Assembly (NCBI GenBank): GCA_963734545.1
Contig: CAVTHO010000010.1
Span: forward strand, 153,060-217,059
Source of the DNA: an uncultured Spirochaetota bacterium
GTDB lineage: Bacteria; Spirochaetota; Spirochaetia; SZUA-6; Fen-1364
Length of the DNA: 64,000 nt
Direction of reading: 5' to 3'
Shown: piece by piece, positions 20,061 to 29,500 of the stretch
Numbering within the stretch: position 1 is the stretch's first letter
Layout: every line of letters starts with the position of its first letter
Notes under the pieces: model-generated
What the model was told of the DNA's origin: nothing
What the model saw: only the letters and a program-made list of their open reading frames with translations
Databases searched by the model: none
Position numbers and translations under genes: made by a program

Positions 20061-21425
20061 ATGAGTAAAGTTGCGTTGCTCGCGGCGGCACTTGCTCTTG
20101 CGCCCCTGCTCGCGGCGTTCGCCCAGGAGACGACGCCGGAGGCGGCTGCGGAAGCCGCCCTGGCCCAGGAGGCCGCCCTGGGGGTCGATGCGGCTGTGAC
20201 GCTGGCCGTCGCCAACAACCTGTCGCTGAAGTCAGGGCGCATCACACTCGGCAAAGCGGCGCGGGCCCGGAACAACGTCTGGAACACCTGGCTGCCCTCG
20301 ATCGACGCCTCGGTTGCCCTCAATCGGTTCAATGAAGAGCCTTCCGTTCCGGGATTATCGCCGTGGTACATGGCCTTCCAGGTGGAGGCCAGCCTGCCCC
20401 TTTCGCTGGCCAGGGTGGAATCCGTCAACGCCACGGTCCTGAGCTACGAGTCCGGGCAGATCGACTACGAGACCGCGGAAAAACAACTGGAGCGGGACGT
20501 GCGCAAGGCCTTCTATGGCCTGCTCCTGTCCCGGGAGAGCATCCGACTTGCCGAACAGCAGCTCGCCACGGCGGAAAAGCAATATCAGAAAGCGTTGAAG
20601 AATTTCCAGGCCGGCCTGACGCGGAAGCTCGACACGCTGAGCGCGCAGGTGTCCGCGGAGAATCTCAAACCGGCCCTGGAAGAGCAAAGGGTCTCCTATG
20701 CCACTTCCCTGATGAGCTTCCAGCTCCTTTTAGGTTTGGCGCCATCGGAGCAGCTTGCCCTTCAGGGCACGATAGAGGCCGAGGCCCATCATTTCGATCC
20801 TCTGGAGCTTTCCGGAAGCTACATGAACGGCAGGCTGGACGTGAAGAGCCTGGAGAAGCAGATCGAGATCATGGAGAACCGCAAGAGGCTGCAGGAGCGC
20901 TCCGCCTTCACGCCCACGCTGTCGGCTTCCGCCTCCTACGCGCCCACGATCAACGATCCCTTTGCATTCAAATGGGGTAATGGAAGTGATTGGACCGACA
21001 ACGGCAAGGTGACCCTGGCTCTCACGATCCCCCTCGACGGGTTCATCCCGGGTTCAGCGGACCGGGTCGCGGCAGCCTCGGCTCAAGACGACGTCGAGAA
21101 CGCGCGTATCGCCCTCCAACAGGCCCGTCAGAAGGCGGACGTGGAGATCAAATCCGCCGTGCTTGCATTGGAAAAATCCCTGCGCACAATGCAGGCGCTC
21201 GAGCTCAACGTTGCCCGGGCCCAGGAGGCTTATGATTTGACCGACACCTCGTACAATGCAGGCACGGTGGAGCTGTTGGAGGTGCAGAACGCCTCCGATG
21301 AGCTGCAGAAGGCGAACCTTCTGCTGTTGACGGAAAAATACAACTATCTCTCCGGTCTGATCGACCTTGCCTACTCATTGAATACCACTTTGAGCGATCT
21401 GGTGGAAAAGCACGGCCGCCAATAA
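20061..21425 (+). CDS. TolC family outer-membrane efflux protein
   Basis: Signal peptide, two TolC repeats (AVANNLSL; FQAGL..LD; YNAGTVELLEV). Confidence 0.88.
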   Translation: MSKVALLAAALALAPLLAAFAQETTPEAAAEAALAQEAALGVDAAVTLAVANNLSLKSGRITLGKAARARNNVWNTWLPSIDASVALNRFNEEPSVPGLSPWYMAFQVEASLPLSLARVESVNATVLSYESGQIDYETAEKQLERDVRKAFYGLLLSRESIRLAEQQLATAEKQYQKALKNFQAGLTRKLDTLSAQVSAENLKPALEEQRVSYATSLMSFQLLLGLAPSEQLALQGTIEAEAHHFDPLELSGSYMNGRLDVKSLEKQIEIMENRKRLQERSAFTPTLSASASYAPTINDPFAFKWGNGSDWTDNGKVTLALTIPLDGFIPGSADRVAAASAQDDVENARIALQQARQKADVEIKSAVLALEKSLRTMQALELNVARAQEAYDLTDTSYNAGTVELLEVQNASDELQKANLLLLTEKYNYLSGLIDLAYSLNTTLSDLVEKHGRQ

Positions 21426-21536
21426 GCCCCCGGGTGTACCCCGCCCGAGAGAACACCTCGAGCTCATATATGGCGGCCACTCCCGGCGGCCGTGTGAAAC
21501 GCCAGTCTCAAGCGCTTCTGGCCCGGCCGCCGTACA

Positions 21537-21986
21537 TTAGTCGCGCAGCGGGAAGTTGATCTCGGTGAGCATGTCCTCGGGCTTCGTATTCTGCGGGTCA
21601 CTCATGTAGACCTCGTAGCACAGCCCCGTGGGGCTCGCCTTGTTTTCCGCAATGAAGGCCGTGATGCCGTTGTAGGTCTTTTCCAGGGTTTCATAGGGAC
21701 CCTTGTGCATCGCAACCGCTGTCCGCCCGCCGGGGATCGCGCCGGGCTTCATCCGGCCTTCAGCGCGGAAAGGTACTGCCACGGGGAACCCCATCTCCAC
21801 GTCCAGATCATTCATGTCCATGTTGTGGTAGATGGCGAACGGGGCGCCGACGGGCTGCACACCCTGCTTCCCGAGAAAACTCATGATCTCCCCGTACCCC
21901 TTGCCGAGCTCGCCCTGCAGGTTGGCCATCGCCGTACGGATCCGAATGCACGCCGTGCGCTGCTCTTGCTTCTTTGTGATTTCCAT
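21537..21986 (-). CDS. Stand-alone GyrI-like small-molecule-binding protein
   Basis: GAPFAIYH, DVEMGFPV, HKGPYETL, YEVYMSDP; AGGAGG RBS before ATG 21986. Confidence 0.9.
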   Translation of the reverse strand: MEITKKQEQRTACIRIRTAMANLQGELGKGYGEIMSFLGKQGVQPVGAPFAIYHNMDMNDLDVEMGFPVAVPFRAEGRMKPGAIPGGRTAVAMHKGPYETLEKTYNGITAFIAENKASPTGLCYEVYMSDPQNTKPEDMLTEINFPLRD

Positions 21987-22054
21987 AATGCCCTCCTGGG
22001 ATCGAATTGTGGCGCGCCTTCTCGCGCACCGTGTCTCGATCATGGGGGATGCTC

Positions 22055-22074
22055 TACGACAACAGTATGTCGTA
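22055..22074. promoter_or_regulatory. Putative WYL-regulator operator
   Basis: Palindrome TACGACA-N6-TGTCGTA upstream of the GyrI gene. Confidence 0.7.
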
Positions 22075-22111
22075 TTCACCGGCGATTTCCGGAGTAAGAA
22101 TGCGCCTCGGC

Positions 22112-23044
22112 TTACCGGTACAGTTGCAGGGTTTTCCGGCTGATCTCGGCTATTCTCTGCCGCAGCGGTGCAGGAGAGATCACCTCCACGCCATCGCCAT
22201 AGCTCAGGATCATGCCGTAGAGCCAATTGTCCTCGGGGAAGTCCAGTCTCACGATCAGGGCGCCCTGCTCATCCACGGAGATGTCGGCGCTGGCAAAGTA
22301 GTCCTCGACGAACACGCGCAGCTCGGGCCTGAAGCGCAGCACGGCCGACACGGCCGCCGGTCCCTTGTCCAGAAGGCTGTCCAGGTAGCCCTGCACGCTC
22401 ACCTCCCGGCGCTTGAAGACTTCCGGCTTCAGCACGGGGTCACGCACCCGGGAGAGCCTGAACAGGCGGAACTCCTGCCGCGACCTGCACCAGGCGAACA
22501 GGTACCAGGAGAACCACTTGAAAACGATGGCGTAGGGCTCAACGACGCGCTTCGAGGTCTGGAGGCGCGCATTGGTGTAGGTGAAGGAGATGCACCGGTT
22601 GCGCGCCACGGCGTCCTGAACGAGCGCGAGGTGCTCTTTGCGCCGGGCAGAGAACCCCAGGGCGCTGAAGTCTATGCAGAGCCGCTCCGCTCTGTGCGCA
22701 AGCTCGGGGGAGGCTTCCTGTCGCGCGAGGCTCTTTATTTTGTCCGCCGTCTTCTGGATAGCGCCGCTTTCCAGGGAATCCGCCACGCCCTGCAACGCCG
22801 TTGTGATGAAGAACAGGTCGTCGAAAGTAAAGAACTGCCTGTCCAGCCGGAAGGTGTCCAGTATCTTGTAGCCGCCGTTGGGCCCATGGATGGCCGTCAC
22901 GGGAATGCCCGCCGCGCCTATGGTATCGAGGTCACGCTGGATGGTGCGCACCGTGACGCCGAAACGCTTTGCGAGCGCCGTGGCGCTCACGAGGTCCCTG
23001 CCCAGGAGATGGATGACGATGGAGAGAAGCCGGTCGATTTTCAT
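22112..23044 (-). CDS. YafY/PafB-like HTH-WYL-WCX transcriptional regulator
   Basis: MKIDRLLSI..RTIQRD..GGY HTH; RVVEPY..WYLFAWC..FRLFRLSRV WYL domain. Confidence 0.93.
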   Translation of the reverse strand: MKIDRLLSIVIHLLGRDLVSATALAKRFGVTVRTIQRDLDTIGAAGIPVTAIHGPNGGYKILDTFRLDRQFFTFDDLFFITTALQGVADSLESGAIQKTADKIKSLARQEASPELAHRAERLCIDFSALGFSARRKEHLALVQDAVARNRCISFTYTNARLQTSKRVVEPYAIVFKWFSWYLFAWCRSRQEFRLFRLSRVRDPVLKPEVFKRREVSVQGYLDSLLDKGPAAVSAVLRFRPELRVFVEDYFASADISVDEQGALIVRLDFPEDNWLYGMILSYGDGVEVISPAPLRQRIAEISRKTLQLYR

Positions 23045-23194
23045 TGCGGGACTTTCCCCCGTGGTCGCGGCCGCCGCATCTGTCCGATTCAGGGCACCAT
23101 GCCTGTCGCCCCCGACGCCACGTCGCGCGTTGTGGCAGCATCATAGAGCCGACAAACAACTCACACAAGCCTGAGAAAGCAGGTGTTCGCCTCC

Positions 23195-23413
23195 TCATGA
23201 CGCACAGCAGCCACGCACGAAACCCTCGGTGATCGAAAAGACCTCGTCCGAGGTCCAGAAGGCGTTGCCTGCGTGATCCGCGCCTTTCACCTGGTACATC
23301 TCCACCGCGTGCCCGCACTGCCTGAGCTTCTCGTAAAGGAAGACGCTCTGGCCAAACGGCACCAGCCTGTCCTTGTCGCCGTGGAGGATCAGGAATGGCG
23401 GCAAGATTGACAT
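23195..23413 (-). pseudogene. C-terminal fragment of an alpha/beta hydrolase (esterase)
   Basis: PPFLILHGDKDRLVP...GADH with no upstream GxSxG part. Confidence 0.7.
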
Positions 23414-23513
23414 GACTATGACCTCACTCTACAATCCTGACGACGAGCGTCACGACGACCTCGCCACTTTCTTCCTGCCCGTCGACGAGAATCAAGCTGA
23501 GGAAAGGAATGCT

Positions 23514-23690
23514 ATGCCAGAGCGAATCGGCGACTATCTGATCAGAACAGGCGCGATGAATCAGTCCCAGGTGGACGAGGTCGTGCGGCTGAAGACAGCC
23601 GGCGACCAGCGGCACTTCGGTGACATCGCTGTCTCGCTGGGCTTCATAAAGGCGGCAAACGTCGAGGCGTTCCTCGCAGCTCAGAAGTAG
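23514..23690 (+). CDS. Stand-alone MshEN-like (c-di-GMP-binding) microprotein, 58 aa
   Basis: RIGDYLIRTGAM...RHFGDIAVSLGFI...FLAAQ resembles the tandem RLGxxLxxxG..LxxQ motifs; AAGGA RBS. Confidence 0.7.
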   Translation: MPERIGDYLIRTGAMNQSQVDEVVRLKTAGDQRHFGDIAVSLGFIKAANVEAFLAAQK

Positions 23691-23737
23691 GACACACTGA
23701 TCGCCGCTTCGTTCGGTCTTTACCCTCGGCGGCATCC

Positions 23738-25639
23738 TTACTCGGCGTCGCGGACGAACTCGAAGTCGTCTGCGTTGCCCCAGCTGCCCGCGTTGCCGTC
23801 CATTGAAAGCCCGATCTCGCAGATCCCGCCGCTCACGGGGATGCCCTTGATCTCGTAGAGCACCCATTTCTGCCAGCCCGTATTGACTATGGTGGCCTGG
23901 AGCTCAGGACCTCCATAGCCGCGCGCGAAGAGGAGGTAATTCTTCTCCCCGCCGCCGCCCATCGCCCAGACCCGGAGGGAATACGTGCCGTCCTTGAGCC
24001 CTTCGAAACGCCGTGAGAGGGTGAACTGGAAGGGCTTGTCGAGCCAATACTTGAAGGAATAGTCGCCCGAGTGGGCGTTGCCGGGGTTCTTCTCGACGGG
24101 CGCCGCCGCTTTCACACCGGGCCCCGAGAGCTGCCATTCGGAGGGAAGGGTTCCAGACTCGAAGCTGGCGTCCTTGATGAGGTTGACATCGAGCACGACG
24201 TCGACAGTCGCGGTAACGGAATTCCCATAGCCGAGGAGCTTGCCTTTCACCTCGACCGTGCCTATGGACTTCAGGGCTTCGGGGTCGGGCTGGTCCCATC
24301 TGACCTGGACGCTTCGGATCGAATCGTCGGAGAACACGGCGAGGGTGTATTTCGGAAGCTCGAGCCTGGTGCCCGCGGCCAGTTTTGCCTTGACGTCCTC
24401 CACGGACACGAGGGAGAGATCGGGGACTTCCTGGTTTGAGGCAACGAGCTTGAACACCTTGAGCGAAGGCAAGGCCTTGCCCTGGAAGTCGAAGAGGGTC
24501 TGGTTCTCCCAGACTTCGCCGTCTCCCGTCCTCCAGCCCGCCCCGGCGACGGGTATCCAATCGGGCTCCCAGTAGAAGATGCCGATGCCCAGGGACTTCG
24601 GCGTCTCGGCCACCGCCGCGATGATATCCCGTATTGCGGTAGCCTGCCCCTGAACAGTCGCCCTGTAGCCTCCGAGCCTGTCGGAGCCGGGCCCGAAACT
24701 GTTGCCGAGGGAATCGCCGTTATCGAGGGTCCAAGCGTAAGCAGTCTCGGCAACGATCAACTGCTTCCCGTAGCGGGTCTCGAGGTCGGCCATGTTGGCG
24801 ACAAGGTCCGCGATCTTGCCGTGCCAATAAGGATAGAAGGAGAGGCCGATGACGTCGAAGTCGACGCCGGCTTTCACGAGGGGATCGAAGAGCTTCCGGT
24901 AGAGGGCATTGTCCCCGCCGTTCGAGGCATGGATCATGACCCTGATCCGGCGATCGCTGCCGCGGACCGCGCGGATCGCCTCCTTGAGAAGGGCGACGAA
25001 GCCCTCCTCGCCGCCGATCGCCTCGTCGCCCGATTGCCAGAGCTTGCCGACAGGCCAGAGGAAGCCCCCGTCGACCTCGTTCCCTATCTGGACCATGTCG
25101 GGTGCAGCGCCGGCGGCGCGCATGGACTTGAGGGAGGAACTGGTAAAGTCGTAGACGGCCTTCTTGAGAGCATCGAGGCTCAGGCCCCTCCACGCGAAAG
25201 GCATCGTCTGTTTGGAGGGGTCTGCCCAGAAATCGCTGTAGTGGAAGTCGGCGCACACCTTGAGGCCGAGCTTTTTCGCCCGCTTCGCGATGCGGATGTA
25301 GGCCGCGACATCGTCGTTGCCGCCGCCGACCGGGTCGCCGGCCCTGGACAGGACTCGACCGCTGTCGATGACGTCCTCGCGATTCACCGGATCGTTCCAG
25401 ATGCGCAGTCTTATCCAGTTGAGGCCGCCCGACTTGAGGATCGCGAGGCAGTCGCCTGCCTTCCCCTTCTCGTCGGAGAAAGCGGCGCCCGAGGACTCGA
25501 GCTGGCCAAGCATGGAGACGTCGGCGCCCATGATGAAGTCCTTCTTGAGGTCGAAGACGGGCACGACGGACACGCCGTCGGCGCCGGCCCAGGCGCAGAA
25601 GACGACGAACGATATGAGAGCGAGGAGATTGCGTTTCAT
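23738..25639 (-). CDS. GH53 endo-beta-1,4-galactanase with Ig-like and C-terminal CBM domains
   Basis: GADVS, RLRIWNDP, DFHYSDFWADP, VQIGNE, SFYPYWHG, AETAY, FYWEP, WENQTLFDF. Confidence 0.93.
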   Translation of the reverse strand: MKRNLLALISFVVFCAWAGADGVSVVPVFDLKKDFIMGADVSMLGQLESSGAAFSDEKGKAGDCLAILKSGGLNWIRLRIWNDPVNREDVIDSGRVLSRAGDPVGGGNDDVAAYIRIAKRAKKLGLKVCADFHYSDFWADPSKQTMPFAWRGLSLDALKKAVYDFTSSSLKSMRAAGAAPDMVQIGNEVDGGFLWPVGKLWQSGDEAIGGEEGFVALLKEAIRAVRGSDRRIRVMIHASNGGDNALYRKLFDPLVKAGVDFDVIGLSFYPYWHGKIADLVANMADLETRYGKQLIVAETAYAWTLDNGDSLGNSFGPGSDRLGGYRATVQGQATAIRDIIAAVAETPKSLGIGIFYWEPDWIPVAGAGWRTGDGEVWENQTLFDFQGKALPSLKVFKLVASNQEVPDLSLVSVEDVKAKLAAGTRLELPKYTLAVFSDDSIRSVQVRWDQPDPEALKSIGTVEVKGKLLGYGNSVTATVDVVLDVNLIKDASFESGTLPSEWQLSGPGVKAAAPVEKNPGNAHSGDYSFKYWLDKPFQFTLSRRFEGLKDGTYSLRVWAMGGGGEKNYLLFARGYGGPELQATIVNTGWQKWVLYEIKGIPVSGGICEIGLSMDGNAGSWGNADDFEFVRDAE

Positions 25640-25708
25640 GACGATGCCTCCAGGCTCTATTAGAAACATTTTTCCGAGCCGAGTAAATGGCAGGGAGTTC
25701 ATGCGCCC

Positions 25709-26536
25709 CTACGCCCGTCCGAGGAATCTCCTAAGGAAGACGTCGAGCCACGACGCAGGCAGGAAGCTGACAAACGCCCTGAGGCGATTGTTCCCCACCC
25801 TCCAGCGTCGCCGCGGCCTGCGGCGTTCCAGGGCGTGGACGATGACACGAGCGACCCGCGACGGGTCCATCCCCGTCTCCATTTCCCTGAGAAGCACCCG
25901 TTCGGCGCTGCGGAGCGCCCCGCGATAAACCGCGCGGGCCGAGTCGCTTTTCAGGCTTCGGGCCGCGCTTCCGAGGAGGGGTGTCCGTATGGCGCCGGGC
26001 TGAATGACCGTCACGCGGATCCCCAGGGGGAGGAGCTCGCGCCGAAGGGTTTCCGCGTACGCCTCGAGCGCGCGTTTGCTCATGACATACGGACCCGTGA
26101 AGGGCATCAAGGCTCGTGTCGATTCCGAGGAGACGAACGCGAGCGTGCTCCCGTGCCGCAGGAGCGGCATGAGCTCCCTCACAACCTGCGCCGCGCCCAA
26201 GACGTTCACGTCGAGCGCGCGGCGGAGCTCTTCATCGGCAACGTCGAGGAGCGGTCCCCCCACGTAGATCCCGGCGGCACAGACGATCCCGTCGAGACCG
26301 GCCGCGGACCGTTGCATCGCTCGCCGTGCCCTTTTGATGGACGCGACATCCGTGACGTCCATCAGGAGCGGCCGAACCGGCATCGACCGAGACCAGCGCT
26401 TCAGCACGGTGCGTCGGGAATCAGCCGCGAACACGACGGCGCCGCGAGAGGCGAGCATGTCGGTCACGGCCGCGCCCAACCCGCCGCAGGCGCCGGTCAC
26501 GAGATAAGCGCGAGCGTGTTCTTTCAACCCTTCCAA
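25709..26536 (-). CDS. SDR family oxidoreductase
   Basis: TGACGGLG, YVMSK, PGAIRT. Confidence 0.88.
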   Translation of the reverse strand: MEGLKEHARAYLVTGACGGLGAAVTDMLASRGAVVFAADSRRTVLKRWSRSMPVRPLLMDVTDVASIKRARRAMQRSAAGLDGIVCAAGIYVGGPLLDVADEELRRALDVNVLGAAQVVRELMPLLRHGSTLAFVSSESTRALMPFTGPYVMSKRALEAYAETLRRELLPLGIRVTVIQPGAIRTPLLGSAARSLKSDSARAVYRGALRSAERVLLREMETGMDPSRVARVIVHALERRRPRRRWRVGNNRLRAFVSFLPASWLDVFLRRFLGRA

Positions 26537-29500
26537 CAGAAAGAGGAGCGGCCGGGACGGACGATCAGCTTTTCTGCGTAGATGGTGCCTTGCATGGTTA
26601 TTTGGTCATAGGCAAAGAGGCTCACGCGTTCTGCGGGCTTTCCCAGGATCCCGGTCAGAAGAGACCCTGGCAAGAGCGTGAGGTCGTCAAGGGCAGAGAG
26701 CCGGATCTCGTCCCCCACCTCAACCGAGCCGCTTATTACATTATCACCCCAGGCGAAAACGATCACGTCATCCCCTGCCCTGATTTTCCCTGACATCTCA
26801 AGATCTGAACAGCCCGTCATCATGACATCATAGGCGCCGTTTACTTCCCCTCCAATGCTCAGCAATCCCTTCGCATACAAGTCGACGTCTCCGCCGGCAT
26901 TCAGAGTTGCCCTGGCTGTCACTGTCAGGGAGCCCCTGGCGTGGAGAGTGATGGCGTCAACCGCCGTCACCCCGGCGTCGATCAGGATACCGTCGTCGGC
27001 GCACGCCTCCACGTCATCCACCGAGGTGACGTCGCCCTGAATGAAAAGGCCAGCACCCGAGTGAATGAGCAGATCGGGCATTTCATGGCAATCATGGCAC
27101 CAGTGACGGGAGCTGCATGGCGTGTACCCCGCGCCTGCTGCAACCGCGCCCCGAAGCTCGATGTCACCGGAACATGTGCCCAGAACCACGTTCATGCCTG
27201 CCGTAAGGGTGGCCAGGTCATTGGTGGTCTTCAAAGAACCCCTGGCATGAAGTTCGAGATCGCCCCCTGCAACGAGCGGGGCGCTGATCAGCAGGTCCTT
27301 GCCTGCGGAAACATCGAGCAGACCATCGGCCCGGACGGCGGCCTCGATGGCCGCAGTACCGTCATCTGTTCTCACCTGGATGTCGTCCGCTGCTGCCACT
27401 ACCCCGGAGATTTGGATGCCCTCATCTGCCCACAGATCGATGTCACCCCCCGCGCTCGTGCTTCCCAGGAGCTGAATTCCATCTCCTGCGCGGATGCGCA
27501 GATCGTCACCGGCGATGATCTGCCCGGTCTCACCGCTGAACAGTTGTCCCGCCAGGCGTACCGATCCGTCTGCGTCGAGCTCAATGTCGCCGCTGCATGG
27601 CGCTGATGAGAGGTACTCCACCGAGATGTCCTGGTATTTCGATCTCAGGTAGATATCGTTGCCCTGGGAACCGAGATAGACCACCGTGATTGTCCCGGTG
27701 GCGAAGACATGGACCTTGTTCTCCAGGGTGAAGAACAGCTCCACATCGCCCTCGAGCCAGCACACGTTCAACTTCTCGCCGCGCTCGAACTCATAGAGGG
27801 CATACTTCTGACCGCACGCGTGAATCGCTTTGAAGCTCCTGTCAAGTCCTTTGTCGATTCTTCCCTGCGCGTACAGGATTCCAAGCGCGCCGCTCAGGTC
27901 TACGCCTGAATCATGGTTCACCGCCTCGAGAATGCTTCCCGCTGAGCTCACCGATATCTGGCCATATTGGGCTCCCGCTCCCACATAGTCCACCACGATA
28001 TCCCCGCCCAGCGTCATCAGGCCGATGTTATTTCCTTTTGCGTCAGTCAACGATTCGACCCATACCACCGTCATGCTGCCGCCGGCAATCACGCGAACAG
28101 GTCCGTTGGCGTTTTTCAGATTTCTGAGGACAATGGCGTCAGCTTCCCTGATCTCCAGAGTCCCCTGGCCCGCCAGATTTGCGTCAAGGGTATTCACGCG
28201 GGTGCGCAGGAAGATGGACGAGTTCGAGACGAGCGTAAGGAGATCCGTTGCAACAGGCTCTTCTCCTTGCATGTAGATCCGGCCGCCGGCCTGCAGAGAG
28301 ATCGACCCCCCAGCAGTCCCTGTGCTCACCATGCCGGTGATCAGTATCTCCCCGCCGGCCACCATGTCGATCTCACCGTCCGGTGCGGTCACGGACGCCA
28401 GCGCGATATCATTCATCTCGCTGATGTGAATGCTGGTTCCGCCTTCGGCCGCCAGGGTGCCAAGCTCCACCTCGAGATACTGATTCTCCTCCGAACCGCC
28501 TCCGATGGAGGCGCCCGCAGAGAGATATGCCTGGTCTGCAATCAGGTCAACCTCATCATCACCGGGCTGCGCCTCAAGGATCGATCCCCCGGCCGTCAGG
28601 CTCACCACGCCAACCTGCGCGCCGGCGTCAACGAAACCGATCAGGATGTCCCGGCCGGCGCGGATAGTGATGCGTCCCTGCCCCGATTCCAGATATGTCG
28701 CGGTGATCGTTCCGGTGGCGTTCACATCGATGACACCCGTCACCATGACGATCAACTCGATATCTCCCTGGTGATGCAGGATCAGATTCGCCCCGCGGAA
28801 TTCGAGGGTTCCGAGATCCAGCTCGAGCTCCAGGTTCGGGTCAACAGAGCTGCCGAACTCTCCCGCCACCTCTATGGAGGCAGCGCGCGCCGCCAGGTCC
28901 ACGTCCGGATCGAAGGCATCCACCTCGCGAATGTTCCCCGCAGACGTGAGATAGATCCTGCCGCTGCTGCGTCCCGCCCGGACAAGGTCAATCAGGATGT
29001 CACCGCTTGTCGTTGTCAGGTGTATGTCGTTGCCGTCGGCATCCAGCACTGAATCGATGTTGACCGCGGTGATGGTGCCACCCGCCGCAATCGAGATGGC
29101 TCCGTCAGAGGCCTGGAGGCCTGCCAACACGATGGCGTCGGTCTCAGTGACCGAAAGAGCACCAGCCGAAGTGGTTGTTGCGACCAGGCTCGCGACGGTC
29201 GTCGACAGCGTAATATCGCCCGCCGACACGGCTGCCAGCTCGTCTGCTGTTACGATGGCCATCAGGTATCCATCAGAAGACAGGATGACGTCGCCCAACG
29301 TCCCGGCATGGATTTCCGCCGCCACGATATCGCCGCCTGTCGACGTCAAGGCAATATCGTTGGAATCTGCGTCGGTCATGGATACGCACATGGCGGCGTT
29401 GATCGTTCCACCCGCTGTCACTGCGATCGATCCGTCAAACGTCAGGACGCATCCAAGGAGAATGTCATTTGTTTCACGAATGACGACGTTCCCAGCCGCG

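Noticed and set aside
16979-21425. ABC-MFP-TolC operon as the type I secretion system for the giant RTX-containing protein
   Set aside because: The ABC components are LolD/MacB-FtsX type, not HlyB/PrtD type, and the operon is separated from the giant gene by unrelated genes
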